Positions 54,149-64,000 of a DNA stretch of 64,000 nt are shown in pieces (the first letter of the stretch is position 1; every line of letters begins with the position of its first letter). The stretch lies in assembly GCA_903878275.1 (NCBI GenBank), contig CAIRHC010000002.1:29218-93217 (forward strand). Reading direction: 5' to 3'. The stretch comes from Candidatus Vogelbacteria bacterium (GTDB taxonomy: Bacteria > Patescibacteriota > Minisyncoccia > Phycocordibacterales > XYD1-FULL-46-19). The notes under the pieces were generated by a model. That model did no database searches. It saw only the letters and a list, made by a program, of their open reading frames with translations, and had not been told where the DNA came from. The position numbers and the translations under genes were made by a program.

Positions 54149-55639
54149 ATGGTCAATACTAAAGAACAAAATTTAATTGAACGACCACCCGTCATCGCCG
54201 TGATGGGGCATATTGATCACGGAAAATCAAAGCTCCTTGACTACATCAGAAAAACAAATATCGTTGACCGCGAAGCTGGCGGTATTACCCAACACACCAG
54301 CGCCTATGAAGTAGTCCACAATAATAAAAAAATTACCTTCATTGACACACCCGGTCACGCCGCTTTTGAAACAATGCGTCAACGCGGAGCAATGATTGCC
54401 GATATTGCCATTTTGATTGTCTCGGCAGAAGAAGGGGTCAAAGCTCAAACAATCGAGGCTTTAAACTCAATCAAGGAACACGACACACCGTTTGTTGTCG
54501 CCATCAATAAAATTGATAAACCTCAAGCCGACCCAGACAAAACCAAACAGAGCCTAGCCGAAAATGGCGTCTTTGTTGAAGGTTATGGTGGCAGCGTCCC
54601 TTGTGCCCTCATTTCCGCCGTCGAAGGAACCGGCGTAAACGAACTACTCGACCTTTTACTTCTGGTATCTGAAATGGAAGAATTGCGAGGTAGCCCCCAA
54701 AAAGGCGCAGAAGGTTTTGTTTTAGAATCTCATCTTGATCCCAAAAGTGGCACGACCGCCACGGTCATTATTAAAGATGGCACACTCAAAGTCACCGATT
54801 TTATCGTCGTCGGACGAGAAGCTTCTAAAATCAAAAGGCTTGCCAATTTCCTCGACCACCCCGTCAAAGAATTAACCTTTTCCGCCCCAGCTAAAATTTT
54901 TGGCTTTACAACCTTACCTGCAGTCGGCTCATCTTTTCATAGTTTCGTCGACAAAAAAGAAGCCGAGCAATTTGCTTCAGAATGTGAAAAAGAAAATTGT
55001 CGCAAAGTTGTTTTCAGTTTAAAACAAACAGACGAAGTTGGTTTGCCAGTTATAATAAAAGCTGATGTCGCCGGCACATTAGAAGCGCTGGAAAAAGAAT
55101 TAGCTAAAATAAAAGTTGATAAGGTAGTCTTGGATATTTACGAACAAGGTGTCGGTACAATTACCGAAAACGACATAAAATTAATTTCAGCTTTTCCGCA
55201 CGCTAAAATTATCGGTTTCAAAACAAAAATTGATAACAACGCCCAATCTCTCGCCGAAAAAACCGGTGTCGCGATAAAAACTTCAGACATTATTTATAAA
55301 TTATCTGAATGGCTAGAAGAAGAAATGAAAGCCATTGCTCCAAAAGTAACAATTGAACAAACTGTCGGTAAAGCAAAAATTCTAAAAACTTTTAGTCGCA
55401 CCAAAGACAAACAAGTAGTCGGCGGTCAAGCCAGCGAAGGAGTGATTGCCAGAGGCAGAAAAGTAAGAATTCTCCGCCGAGATGTTGAGGTTGGTCACGG
55501 CGAAATTGCTGATTTGCAAATGCAAAAGATAAAAACTAGCGAAGTGCCAGCCGGCAATCAATTCGGTGCTGAAATTTCTTCAAAAATTGAAATCGCTCCG
55601 GGTGACGTCATCGAGGTTTTTGATTTGGTTACCAAATAA
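54149..55639 (+). CDS. infB: translation initiation factor IF-2 (short form: G domain and C-terminal domains)
   Basis: The start is moved to the ATG at 54149 (MVNTKEQNLIERPPVIAVMGHIDHGKSKLLDYIR); G motifs DTPGHAAF, NKID. Confidence 0.9.
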   Translation: MVNTKEQNLIERPPVIAVMGHIDHGKSKLLDYIRKTNIVDREAGGITQHTSAYEVVHNNKKITFIDTPGHAAFETMRQRGAMIADIAILIVSAEEGVKAQTIEALNSIKEHDTPFVVAINKIDKPQADPDKTKQSLAENGVFVEGYGGSVPCALISAVEGTGVNELLDLLLLVSEMEELRGSPQKGAEGFVLESHLDPKSGTTATVIIKDGTLKVTDFIVVGREASKIKRLANFLDHPVKELTFSAPAKIFGFTTLPAVGSSFHSFVDKKEAEQFASECEKENCRKVVFSLKQTDEVGLPVIIKADVAGTLEALEKELAKIKVDKVVLDIYEQGVGTITENDIKLISAFPHAKIIGFKTKIDNNAQSLAEKTGVAIKTSDIIYKLSEWLEEEMKAIAPKVTIEQTVGKAKILKTFSRTKDKQVVGGQASEGVIARGRKVRILRRDVEVGHGEIADLQMQKIKTSEVPAGNQFGAEISSKIEIAPGDVIEVFDLVTK

Positions 55640-55641
55640 TT

Positions 55642-55983
55642 ATGGCTCACCACCAAGAAAAAGAAGAGGTTTTATTAAAAGAGCTAATCGCTCAATTTTT
55701 AAATTTGGAAGCCAGCACCAAATCGGTTATTACCGTCACTGATTGTTCGATGTCTAGCGATTCGAAAAAAGCCACCATTTATATTACCGTCCTACCAGAA
55801 AATATGGAAAAAGAAGCGTTAAATTTTGCCAAAAGACAACGCCCGGCGATGCGTGATTTCTTAAAACAAAGAGCTCGTTTAAAAACCTTGCCATTTATCG
55901 AAGTCGAAATTGACCAAGGTGAAAAAAACCGTCAGAGAATTGAGGGATTATTGAAAACAATCGAAGAACCATATCTTGGCTAA
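55642..55983 (+). CDS. rbfA: ribosome-binding factor A
   Basis: 113-aa KH-like RbfA (LKELIAQFLNLEAS...ITVTDCSMSSDSKKATIYITV), immediately after infB. Confidence 0.8.
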   Translation: MAHHQEKEEVLLKELIAQFLNLEASTKSVITVTDCSMSSDSKKATIYITVLPENMEKEALNFAKRQRPAMRDFLKQRARLKTLPFIEVEIDQGEKNRQRIEGLLKTIEEPYLG

Positions 55984-56026
55984 AATCGAGTAATTTGTTA
56001 AACTATTTTTGTCAGTTAAAAAATAT

Positions 56027-56100
56027 CCGCTCATAGCTCAGCTGGTAGAGCAGCTCCCTCTTAAGGAGACGGTCGGGGGTTCGATCCCCTCTGAGCGGAC
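56027..56100 (+). tRNA. tRNA-Lys (anticodon CTT); CCA not encoded
   Basis: CCGCTCATAGCTCAGCTGGTAGAGCAGCTCCCTCTTAAGGAGACGGTCGGGGGTTCGATCCCCTCTGAGCGGA, followed by the terminator aaaaccac-aaac-gtggtttttt (56107-56130). Confidence 0.7.
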
Positions 56101-56189
56101 AAAATAAAAAACCACAAACGTGGTTTTTTATTTTGTCCGCTCAAATTTAAATCTAAAAAGTACCTACCACTATTAGCTTACTTACCAGC

Positions 56190-57398
56190 TTAAGTCATAG
56201 GAGGTAAAATGCTATCCGAAGAATCAGTCCCCTTAAGTCCTGTTGTTTTTGCCATTAAGACCAACAATATAACCAAGACTAGCCCAGCAAAACCAATCCC
56301 AATCCAAGGCAACCAAGCATATTTTTCAGTAATCCTACTTTCCTCTTTATCACACACATCGCCAATACCATCACCATCGGTATCTTTTTGGTCAAAATTT
56401 GGATTATCTGGACAATTATCTTTTGAGTTGATTATCCCATCTTGGTCAAAGTCATCGCAAACATCACCTCGACCATTACCATTTACGTCGAGCAGGTCAG
56501 GATTCGCGACATCGACACAATTATCTTTCACATCAGGAATTCCATCTTTATCGACATCGGCAATAATATATTCAGGATTACTTTTTGTCGGACTTTCCGA
56601 CGCCGAAAGCTCAAAGACTTCTTTGGTCGAAGACAAATCACCGAGCTCTCCCACTGGAATTCGAACATAACGATCAGGATCAAAATAAACAGAATAAGAA
56701 TGACCTGGTTGCGATAGAAAACGAACCGCTCTAAAACTTGATTGTGCTGTTTCGTCTTGAATCAATCGTAATTCACTAATACGAAGAGGCTGATTAAAAG
56801 TAAAAGTAACTACCCAGTTATCAGACGTCGTTTTGGGAAAACGAATAGTTTGACCATCCATTTTTTTATTAGCCACCACTATTTGGCTCTGGCCATTCAC
56901 GGAAGCTCGCACCTCCACAAAACTGGGTAAAGCCACATTATTTTCAAGTAAGACCGTCAAAGCCGAAGAAGTCACCGGTTTCAAGCTAGAAAGGGTGATC
57001 TGAACATTCCCTTGAGCATTTTCTGGTAGCGGAAATTCTGAATAAGTCTGAAGGTTATCATCTACCATTTGCCCAGCACCACCAGTTTCTGGATTACTTA
57101 CAGCTGAAATATTATTTTCAACGGTTTTGTTCTTAAAAAAATACGGCTCAAAAGCTCCCGTCGCGGTATCAAAAACCGCGAAATCTAAACGCTCAATAAA
57201 TTCACCAGAAAAAGGAACATCGACAACGGTCGGTACCTTAAAAGAAAGATTGCTTATTTCTTTGTAAGAACGGAAAGCGCTCGGGATTGGATTTTTTAGT
57301 AATGGTGGTAGTTCAGCGTTTACGCCAGAAGCTAATAAGACACCGAGCAAAAAAAGAGATAAAGTTAAAAATTTTAATTTCATAATTTTATTGACCAT
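56190..57398 (-). CDS. cell-surface protein with thrombospondin-type-3-like Ca-binding repeats and a C-terminal TM anchor
   Basis: Signal peptide; repeats [68 protein letters not shown]; C-terminal hydrophobic anchor. Confidence 0.5.
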   Translation of the reverse strand: MVNKIMKLKFLTLSLFLLGVLLASGVNAELPPLLKNPIPSAFRSYKEISNLSFKVPTVVDVPFSGEFIERLDFAVFDTATGAFEPYFFKNKTVENNISAVSNPETGGAGQMVDDNLQTYSEFPLPENAQGNVQITLSSLKPVTSSALTVLLENNVALPSFVEVRASVNGQSQIVVANKKMDGQTIRFPKTTSDNWVVTFTFNQPLRISELRLIQDETAQSSFRAVRFLSQPGHSYSVYFDPDRYVRIPVGELGDLSSTKEVFELSASESPTKSNPEYIIADVDKDGIPDVKDNCVDVANPDLLDVNGNGRGDVCDDFDQDGIINSKDNCPDNPNFDQKDTDGDGIGDVCDKEESRITEKYAWLPWIGIGFAGLVLVILLVLMAKTTGLKGTDSSDSILPPMT

Positions 57399-59142
57399 TA
57401 TTTGTTAAACTTGAAACTGATTTTTTCTTGCCCAAAAATGCAGTACTCATTAATAATGCTCCGATTAAGAAAAACGTGATAATGCGTCCAGCCAATTCCA
57501 TCTCCCAGACATCAACCAAAAATAATCGCCCAGTAACAAATCCGATGAGCAAACTACCGTACAAACGAAGACTTTTTTTCTCATTGGTAAGACCATAAAA
57601 ATAAGTGATCAGACCAATTACCGTATAAATCACAAGAGAAATCATTACGGCTTGGTTATCATTTTGTAAGCCCGCATGAAGCGAAAGCCACAAAAGTATG
57701 TAGGCGTAAATTGAACCAGCGGTCAGTAATATTGTATTAAGCTGTCTAGGCTCTGGATCTTCAACCTCTTTAACATTTTCTTTGTACATCAAGCCGAGCC
57801 CAAGAAGGGTAAAGCTTAAAATCAAAAGCATAAAGAAATCTCGGTGAAAAACTCCGGTACTCCAAGCACTAGAAGCAATACTGGCGAAAGACAAAACAAC
57901 TGGACAAATCAAAAGTAAATTCATTCGTTCGGCAATTTTTATATCTTTTAAAACTAAAAAGGTGACAAGTGATATCACCGCAGATTCAATAATAAAAGCA
58001 ATCGCCAACGAGGCTCCAGACAATTCCACCGATGTCGCTGCCGCAATCATAGCAATGCCTACCCCAGCATAAGCATAAAATGGTTCTTTTCTTCGTGTTG
58101 CTTTAAATATCAAAAACGCTCCGACAATAAAGACAATCGCCCAAGCCGAGATTATTAAACTCTTCCACTCTTCTGTCGCAGCCACCAAAATCCAAGAAAG
58201 CAAAAATATTCCGTTCCCCGCAGCAGTAAGAAGGTCTGGAGAAATATTTTTATCTTTCAACTTTAAAATCCCCATCGTATTCGTAAAGAAAAACACCACG
58301 GCAAACGCGTAAGCAAAAAGAAGTAACGCTCCCTTATCAACAGCCGAACTAAAAAACAGAAGATGTGGTAGGCTATAAAATGTAACAAGGATAAGAGCAG
58401 CCGTCGTAAGCTCTCGCCGACCAGTCAAAACCACAATCCAAATCGCCCCGAGGACAACCACAAATAGGTAAAAGAACAGCCCAACGAAGTCTGGATTTGG
58501 TGAATTCGTAAGTAGTGGTGCTACGCCAGCCAGAATTAAACTGGACAAAGCCAAAGCTCGATTATTATATTTCACACTGGCCAGAGCAACAAAAGCCGTA
58601 CTCAAAAACATCACCACGAGAGCAAATAATGGATTAAAGAAACCGTAGATTTCTCGAGCCGCAAAAATAGTCAACAAAATAGTCGAGGAACCCAGCACAA
58701 GAAATACCCCGCCCTGATTGATATAATTTTTAATCCGCCACCAACCCAAAATAATAAATAGCGCACCCGCAATTAATCCAAGATTAATTCGCCCCATCGG
58801 TCCAATCCAATTATTAAGAAAAGCGTATGATGTGAGCCAGCCAAAACCAATCAGTAAAAGCAGGGCACCGAGCTTGAGAAGCCACTCGTCTTTCGCCCAC
58901 TCGACAAACCGATCGACGGCATTTGGTCCTGTTTGATCATGTCCTATTTCTGGCTGACTAGGTGACGCCGACACTGACGTCGCCAAACCTTCGGCTATCT
59001 TTGTTTGAGATAAATAATCTACTTGGGTAGACTGTTGGGCAATCTCCCCTTTTACAATTTGCTCTAGATGATGAACGCGACGAGATAAACTAATAATATA
59101 AAATAACAACGCCAATCCTCCAATTAAAATATAAAATTCCAT
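57388..59142 (-). CDS. polytopic integral membrane protein (584 aa, more than 12 TM)
   Basis: Hydrophobicity pattern; overlaps the upstream gene by 11 nt. Confidence 0.45.
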   Translation of the reverse strand: MEFYILIGGLALLFYIISLSRRVHHLEQIVKGEIAQQSTQVDYLSQTKIAEGLATSVSASPSQPEIGHDQTGPNAVDRFVEWAKDEWLLKLGALLLLIGFGWLTSYAFLNNWIGPMGRINLGLIAGALFIILGWWRIKNYINQGGVFLVLGSSTILLTIFAAREIYGFFNPLFALVVMFLSTAFVALASVKYNNRALALSSLILAGVAPLLTNSPNPDFVGLFFYLFVVVLGAIWIVVLTGRRELTTAALILVTFYSLPHLLFFSSAVDKGALLLFAYAFAVVFFFTNTMGILKLKDKNISPDLLTAAGNGIFLLSWILVAATEEWKSLIISAWAIVFIVGAFLIFKATRRKEPFYAYAGVGIAMIAAATSVELSGASLAIAFIIESAVISLVTFLVLKDIKIAERMNLLLICPVVLSFASIASSAWSTGVFHRDFFMLLILSFTLLGLGLMYKENVKEVEDPEPRQLNTILLTAGSIYAYILLWLSLHAGLQNDNQAVMISLVIYTVIGLITYFYGLTNEKKSLRLYGSLLIGFVTGRLFLVDVWEMELAGRIITFFLIGALLMSTAFLGKKKSVSSLTNNGQ

Positions 59143-59233
59143 ATACTTTAAATTATACCAAATATTTGTTTAATAAGTCTAAAAAAGAAGTGGACAAAAT
59201 AAAAATCTCACAGTCGTGAGATTTTTATTTTTG

Positions 59234-59315
59234 TGCCCAGGGCGGGAGTCGAACCCGCACAGATTTCTCCACACGATTTTAAGTCGTGCGTGTATACCAA
59301 TTCCACCACCCGGGC
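59234..59315 (-). tRNA. tRNA-Leu (anticodon TAA), long variable arm
   Basis: rc reads GCCCGGGTGGTGGAATTGGTATACACGCACGACTTAAAATCGTGTGGAGAAATCTGTGCGGGTTCGACTCCCGCCCTGGGCA. Confidence 0.75.
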
Positions 59316-59352
59316 ATTTTTAGTTTTTACACTTAAATTTTCAAACAACAAT

Positions 59353-59424
59353 GAGGCCTGGGGCGGAATCGGACCGCCGTATAAGAGTTTTGCAGACTCT
59401 TGCCTTACCACTTGGCGACCAGGC
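59353..59424 (-). tRNA. tRNA-Cys (anticodon GCA)
   Basis: rc reads GGCCTGGTCGCCAAGTGGTAAGGCAAGAGTCTGCAAAACTCTTATACGGCGGTCCGATTCCGCCCCAGGCCT. Confidence 0.75.
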
Positions 59425-59485
59425 CACCCTTCTCCTAGCACAGATAACTACCAGATTTTATTACAAATAAGACCAAAAATCAAAC

Positions 59486-60679
59486 TTACCTACCGACTAG
59501 TTTTTTCAAATCACCGAACATTTTAACAAAAGTCTTTTTATAAAAATCTAAAAGCTTTTTGAGATCTTCTTGCAAAAGCGTTACAAAATAGTAAAGCCAT
59601 TCGGTATCGATATTTAATCTTTTTTCTCGTCGCATAAACCATTCGACGGTCACGAGAGTGACCAACGCCAGCAAAAAACCGAAAATTATATCGATGCCAT
59701 AATGTTCAAAAGTGTACACTGCACCAAGTCCATTCAAAATTCCCAACGGAATAAGTAAAAATATCAGCGGTCGCCAAAACATCGAAAAATAATAAACCGC
59801 AATCACGCCCCAAGCCATATGCATACTCGGATTGTTGGTCACCGCAAATTTATCTTTCTTTTCGCCCAACCAAAATTTTTCCCAAAAATCTATTTTGCCT
59901 TTTAAATATGAACTGATTTTATATTCTGGAATTTTTTGAGTTAGTTGCAATTTTTCCGCACTTAAATTGTAGGAATTTCGCTCGTAAATCCAACCGGGCG
60001 ACACCGCCGGAAATAAATACCAAAAAGGTTGGCTGATTATCGCCACAAATAAAATGCTAATCAAAAATCGCCGGAAAATTTCCTTGTTGTTCAATAAGAA
60101 AAAGACAAAAAGAAATAAGAGGAAAATTATCAGCTCGCCATAAACCGTCACAGTTATTTTTTCAAATAATGAACCAGACCACAAATTATTCAGCCAAAAC
60201 CCAGGATAAACCGAAAACACCGCCAAATCCCAAGTCATAAATTGTCGGCTGTATTTTATGATCGAGTCAATTGGACTATTGCTGGAAAAATAAGAAAGCA
60301 TTAAAACAAACGGAGTAATTACCGACCAGACCAGTGCCAAAAAAAAGAACGAGCTTTTAATTAATTTGATTATTTTTGCCTGCTCGACCAAGCTACGACT
60401 TCGATCTAAAATACTTTTTGTTACAAACAAAACAATTTTAAAAAAAATGTACCATAAAATAACCAAGATAATCGGAAACAAAAAAATCATCCCGACCGCT
60501 AAATTTTTTAGTAAATAATCACTAAGGTTTGGGATATTTTTCAGAAAAAATTCCCAGCCGATAAACAACGAGATGATTAACCCAAAAATCGACGGTAAAA
60601 TTAACAAAAAAAACTCGGCTGGTAATTTTTTCCAGAGCAACATTAAACTTATTATATTTTGTTTGAAGCTTTTTTTCAA
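59486..60679 (-). CDS. polytopic integral membrane protein (397 aa)
   Basis: Hydrophobicity; no family recognised. Confidence 0.45.
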   Translation of the reverse strand: MKKSFKQNIISLMLLWKKLPAEFFLLILPSIFGLIISLFIGWEFFLKNIPNLSDYLLKNLAVGMIFLFPIILVILWYIFFKIVLFVTKSILDRSRSLVEQAKIIKLIKSSFFFLALVWSVITPFVLMLSYFSSNSPIDSIIKYSRQFMTWDLAVFSVYPGFWLNNLWSGSLFEKITVTVYGELIIFLLFLFVFFLLNNKEIFRRFLISILFVAIISQPFWYLFPAVSPGWIYERNSYNLSAEKLQLTQKIPEYKISSYLKGKIDFWEKFWLGEKKDKFAVTNNPSMHMAWGVIAVYYFSMFWRPLIFLLIPLGILNGLGAVYTFEHYGIDIIFGFLLALVTLVTVEWFMRREKRLNIDTEWLYYFVTLLQEDLKKLLDFYKKTFVKMFGDLKKLVGR

Positions 60680-60725
60680 TTGAAATAAAAGGTGAAAAAT
60701 GTTTTAATTAGCAGGTTGTGCAAAT

Positions 60726-60807
60726 GCCGAGGTGGCGTAATTGGTAGCCGCGCTAGTCTTAGGAACTAGTGGAGTAATCCATGGAGGTTCAAGTCCTCTC
60801 CTCGGCA
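60726..60807 (+). tRNA. tRNA-Leu (anticodon TAG), long variable arm
   Basis: GCCGAGGTGGCGTAATTGGTAGCCGCGCTAGTCTTAGGAACTAGTGGAGTAATCCATGGAGGTTCAAGTCCTCTCCTCGGCA. Confidence 0.75.
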
Positions 60808-60970
60808 CAAGAAAATAATCAGCAATTGCTGGTTATTTTTCATAATTTCAGCACCTTGACTTTATGCACAAAGTAGTGTATAATTACTAACAGATCAATG
60901 AGTTCAGCTTTTGGGGTCTGTTCCCTAATAGCTTTTGTCAAAAGAACAACACAAAGAAAGGGTTAGAAAA

Positions 60971-62032
60971 ATGAGTATTATTTGGATAGCGGTGGGAGCA
61001 TTGAGTTTTTTGCTACCAGCATTACTGGTTTGGCCATACTTTTTAGCCAACCTAGATCTCTTCTTCACTCTTGTCAAAGAGGGCGAAGCAAAAATCATAA
61101 TAGCTGGACAATCCTATGTCAGGACAATTGTCAGCCTGGCTGGACACGAAGTAAATCAGAGCGGAGATATTGTCCCTTCTACCACAGTAAGACAAAAAAG
61201 TCTTTTTGAAAGGTGGTATGGAGCTTTCTGGATTGGCCTTCCACCAGCTCGGAAAATCTTCCAGTACAACTTACGCTGGATGTCTTATCAACCGAAAGCA
61301 ACTGGAGACGGTGAAAAAGAACCAGTTGTAAAAACCGGTATACTAAAGAGTACTTTCGTCAAAGACAAAGTCTATTATGGAGTGGCTAAGGGAGTCGAAA
61401 CAAACGAGGGTTTGCCTTTAACGGTAGAATTTTTGATTACTTTGAGAGTAGTCAACCCCTATAAGGCAATATTCTTAATTAGTAATTGGGTAGAAGCGAT
61501 CATTGATCGAGCGACCCAACAGGTCAGAGTATATGTAGGCACAAAAACCTACAAAGAACTCCTTACGTTGGAAACATCTACCCCAACCCAGGGCTTCTCT
61601 GGTTACCTCGAAGTAGCACTGGCCAGAACAATTCTCGACGCCTACGGTGTAAAATTTGTATCATGTGACATCCTGTCTGTTGACCCACCGCCAGAGTACC
61701 GCCAAGTTACAACAAGGGCGTACACGGCAACGCAAAACGCCACAACCATCACGACAGAGGCTACAGCCAAAGCAACGGCGATTAGTTCAATCGGAAATGC
61801 TGAAGCTGGGATAATAACAGCAAAAGGACAGGCTGAAGCCAACTCACTTAAGAGTCGGATAGAGCAGTTCAAAGAAAACCCAGAGGCAGCAAAAGCCTTG
61901 CTCAACGCAGATGTTGGCCGAGCTCTAAGTATTAAAACAATCGCCGAAGCGATTGGTACTGGTCTTGGTTGGAACATAACACCGCCAGATCCGCCAACTC
62001 CACCGAATCCACCGGCACCACCTAACCCCTAA
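60971..62032 (+). CDS. SPFH/band-7 (stomatin/prohibitin-like) domain protein with a Pro/Thr-rich C-terminal tail
   Basis: N-terminal TM segment, an SPFH-like core (VRVYVGTKTYKELLT...ILDAYGVKFVSCDILSVDPPPEYRQ), and a C-terminal TPPDPPTPPNPPAPPNP tail. The start could be 60935 or 60971. Confidence 0.6.
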   Translation: MSIIWIAVGALSFLLPALLVWPYFLANLDLFFTLVKEGEAKIIIAGQSYVRTIVSLAGHEVNQSGDIVPSTTVRQKSLFERWYGAFWIGLPPARKIFQYNLRWMSYQPKATGDGEKEPVVKTGILKSTFVKDKVYYGVAKGVETNEGLPLTVEFLITLRVVNPYKAIFLISNWVEAIIDRATQQVRVYVGTKTYKELLTLETSTPTQGFSGYLEVALARTILDAYGVKFVSCDILSVDPPPEYRQVTTRAYTATQNATTITTEATAKATAISSIGNAEAGIITAKGQAEANSLKSRIEQFKENPEAAKALLNADVGRALSIKTIAEAIGTGLGWNITPPDPPTPPNPPAPPNP

Positions 62033-62047
62033 CCAAGGAGAAAAAAG

Positions 62048-62626
62048 ATGGGAGTGATAATTTTAATTTTGTATGGTGTTTTCGGAGCTGCAATTTCTGT
62101 ATTTCTGATCCATTTATTGTTTATATGGAAAAGTCCAGCTCCGGCACCTGCACCGACACCAAATCCGGCACCTACGCCTACGCCGGATCCGGCTCCAAAC
62201 CCTACGCCGAACCCAGCACCAACACCAACACCGGCACCAGTACCGGCGAAGGCGAGTATCACTGACTCACTTATCGTACTAGTCGTCATTCTGGCGATCA
62301 TTGTTGGGGTTGTCTACGGTGTTCAAACACCCGTAGTCAAAAAGTTTTTTGAGGCTCGGGAGACAGTAACGATTAGGGATAAAATGAAAAACGTGAAGTT
62401 TCTCACCGCTCCGGTTGGAGCTTGGTCAGAAACGTTCGTGATGCCCGGTGGCACACGATTCAGCGTTGGCTGTGAGCCGGGTCAAAGCTTCCAATTTAAG
62501 AATGGAGGCAAATTCTTCACCGTCGTCGGCGGGAAGAATTCTGACCACGGCAATATGTCCACCAGTGAATTCCAGTTTAAGGCAGTCGGTGACAAGGATG
62601 TCAAAATTGTTTTCACCTGGAATTAG
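62048..62626 (+). CDS. membrane protein with a long (AP/TP)n proline-rich linker
   Basis: TM helix, then APAPAPTPNPAPTPTPDPAPNPTPNPAPTPTPAPVPA, a second TM helix and a globular C-terminus. The terminator accgcccacgag-acttcg-tctcgtgggcggt is at 62647-62686. Confidence 0.45.
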   Translation: MGVIILILYGVFGAAISVFLIHLLFIWKSPAPAPAPTPNPAPTPTPDPAPNPTPNPAPTPTPAPVPAKASITDSLIVLVVILAIIVGVVYGVQTPVVKKFFEARETVTIRDKMKNVKFLTAPVGAWSETFVMPGGTRFSVGCEPGQSFQFKNGGKFFTVVGGKNSDHGNMSTSEFQFKAVGDKDVKIVFTWN

Positions 62627-62746
62627 TTGTTCTTTTTAGAAAACCAAACCGCCCACGAGACTTCGTCTCGTGGGCGGTATTTATTTTCTTATTTTCTTGA
62701 CGCAAAAACTTTTAATGTTTTTACCTTTTACCGTAGTATTTTTACT

Positions 62747-62998
62747 CTATTTCCCGATCAGCTGATTTATAGTATTGACGATCAAATCCTCGATACCATA
62801 GACCGCCACCATTATCGCCATACCGATCAAACCCCAAATCATCACGTCTTTCCCCTCTTTGTTGCCCGAAGACACGTCGCCACTCATTAGAAACTGGACC
62901 AGACCATAAAGAAACAAGATGAGCGCGGCGCCAAAGAGCAAAATCACAAATGGACCTAAAATATGGGCTTTGATTTCTTCGAGTAAAGTGATGGTCAT
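62747..62998 (-). CDS. small membrane protein (83 aa, 2 TM)
   Basis: ORF; hydrophobic. Confidence 0.4.
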   Translation of the reverse strand: MTITLLEEIKAHILGPFVILLFGAALILFLYGLVQFLMSGDVSSGNKEGKDVMIWGLIGMAIMVAVYGIEDLIVNTINQLIGK

Positions 62999-63007
62999 AA
63001 CGATATT

Positions 63008-63445
63008 TTACATACCCGGCAAAGCATTTATTTGTTCTTGAACTTCAGGAGAAACGCCACCAGAAGCTCCCGAGCCACTAGCACCAGGGATATTCGGAAA
63101 TTTGATTGTGTAATCTGTCGCCCCAAAAATACTTTGCAAAAGATTGACTATGCCCCAAATAGAGACAACGAGGACAATAGCGATGACACTCCAAATCAAA
63201 GATGATTTGTATTTTTCTTTATCACTACTCTCGGACCGGATGTACTGGATCATATTCCAGGCAAAAAAGATGAAAGTCAGACCGATCATTACTGGAATCA
63301 GACCAGCGACAACCGTCTTTGCCGTGGTGACCATATCCGTAAAGTAAGTGCCAGAAAAAGCACCAAAAGCCAGACCGGGCACCAACGCCAGTGCAACAAC
63401 TAGCCAATTCTTTCTTGTATGTATCTTTTTAAGGAACGTGATCAT
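63008..63445 (-). CDS. small two-TM membrane protein, paralogue of the adjacent gene, possibly a VirB2/TrbC-like pilin
   Basis: KSSLIWSVIAIVLVVSIWGIVNLLQSIFGATD is shared nearly verbatim with the neighbour. Confidence 0.45.
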   Translation of the reverse strand: MITFLKKIHTRKNWLVVALALVPGLAFGAFSGTYFTDMVTTAKTVVAGLIPVMIGLTFIFFAWNMIQYIRSESSDKEKYKSSLIWSVIAIVLVVSIWGIVNLLQSIFGATDYTIKFPNIPGASGSGASGGVSPEVQEQINALPGM

Positions 63446-63462
63446 GAATTACGAATAAAAAA

Positions 63463-63873
63463 CTAGATGATAGGCACGGTGATAGGGTTGATGGTTGGAT
63501 CCGTAGCTCCAAAAATACTCTGCAATAGGTTCGCAAGACCCCAAATAGAAACAACGAGAACAATCGCAATAACACTCCAGATCAAAGATGATTTGTTCTT
63601 TTCTTTGTCAGCACCTTCAGATCGGATATAAGCAATCATACACCAGGCAAAATAAATAAAGGTTAACCCGATCATAATTGGGATCAAGGCATTAACCGTA
63701 TTCTTTACGACATCAACAACAGCATTTACATAGGTAGTCCCAGCACCAAAAGAAGCCACCGTTCCAGCTCCCAAAGCCAACATCGGAGCCAAAGCAAAAG
63801 CTCCCGTCGTCACAAAACTCAAAATTTTTCTCGATGAATTTGACATAATATTATTTAGACCAACATTTCTCAT
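63463..63873 (-). CDS. small two-TM membrane protein, tandem paralogue of 63008..63445
   Basis: NKSSLIWSVIAIVLVVSIWGLANLLQSIFGATD with the same architecture. Confidence 0.45.
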   Translation of the reverse strand: MRNVGLNNIMSNSSRKILSFVTTGAFALAPMLALGAGTVASFGAGTTYVNAVVDVVKNTVNALIPIMIGLTFIYFAWCMIAYIRSEGADKEKNKSSLIWSVIAIVLVVSIWGLANLLQSIFGATDPTINPITVPII

Positions 63874-64000
63874 TTAAACGCTCGGCGTTTGGAAAAATGT
63901 TTTAGTCTGTTTATTTATAATTAATAATTAATAATAGACCTATTTTTTATAATACTCACATTATAAACAATCCAAAAAACTTTATCAAAAGACTTATCAA

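Noticed and set aside
59233-59526. 97-aa + strand ORF
   Set aside because: It spans tRNA-Leu(TAA) and tRNA-Cys(GCA) on the opposite strand.
62029-62301. 90-aa minus-strand ORF rich in GAGVGVGAGFG repeats
   Set aside because: It is the antisense reading of the (AP/TP)n proline-rich linker of the + strand gene 62048..62626 and has no independent signals.
1-64000. CRISPR arrays or an alternative genetic code (UGA or UAG recoding)
   Set aside because: No spaced direct-repeat arrays are visible. Housekeeping ORFs are full-length under the standard code, and TAG terminates topA, so the in-frame TAG at 25979 is better treated as a local event.

Overview
This 64-kb window comes from a low-GC (roughly 38-42%), gene-dense bacterial chromosome. 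It uses the standard code: TAA and TAG both act as stops, and the long housekeeping ORFs are intact. The core genes are serS, dprA, topA, a short RelA/SpoT homologue, parB, miaA, a Clp ATPase, clpB, an IscS-like desulfurase, a short infB, rbfA, rpmG, an FtsQ-like protein and many small membrane proteins. From gene content alone this suggests a reduced-genome Patescibacteria/CPR-like organism, which is an inference. I read eight tRNAs directly from the sequence: Leu-CAA, Trp-CCA, Tyr-GTA, Lys-CTT, Leu-TAA, Cys-GCA and Leu-TAG. The tRNA-Trp is overlapped by the 3' end of a large serine recombinase gene.

Three accessory blocks stand out.

- **RiPP-like operon (about 13.3-20.7 kb, minus strand).** It carries a SAM methyltransferase, a multi-TM GAF histidine kinase, a receiver-only response regulator, an unannotated 39-aa Cys-rich precursor peptide (MKKANRSQLQAIVGNIDMARASVSVCACGCSCNAPKIKE) with a strong RBS, a radical-SAM/SPASM maturase, an unknown protein, a stand-alone C39-like peptidase and another unknown protein. 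The GC-rich modules sit in AT-rich surroundings.
- **Co-directional nuclease/helicase/R-M island (about 11.7 kb, 21.1-33.4 kb, minus strand).** In transcription order it runs: a PD-(D/E)xK nuclease-fold protein, HsdR, an HsdM-HsdS fusion, a Shedu/DUF4263-like nuclease, a UvrD-like helicase, a Cas4-like Fe-S nuclease, a small TM protein, a protein with an Rx5H motif, a secreted thermonuclease, and two small proteins. The nuclease is separated from the helicase by a single in-frame TAG, and the helicase has no start codon of its own before its Walker A motif.
- **Putative integrative element ending at tRNA-Trp (about 33.7-41.4 kb).** It holds hypothetical genes, a decayed rarA-like AAA+ pseudogene, an RHH-like pair and the serine recombinase.

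Other notable items are a csoR-copA copper operon with a palindromic operator candidate, a 208-bp element bounded by perfect 19-bp inverted repeats, and a candidate terminated sRNA.
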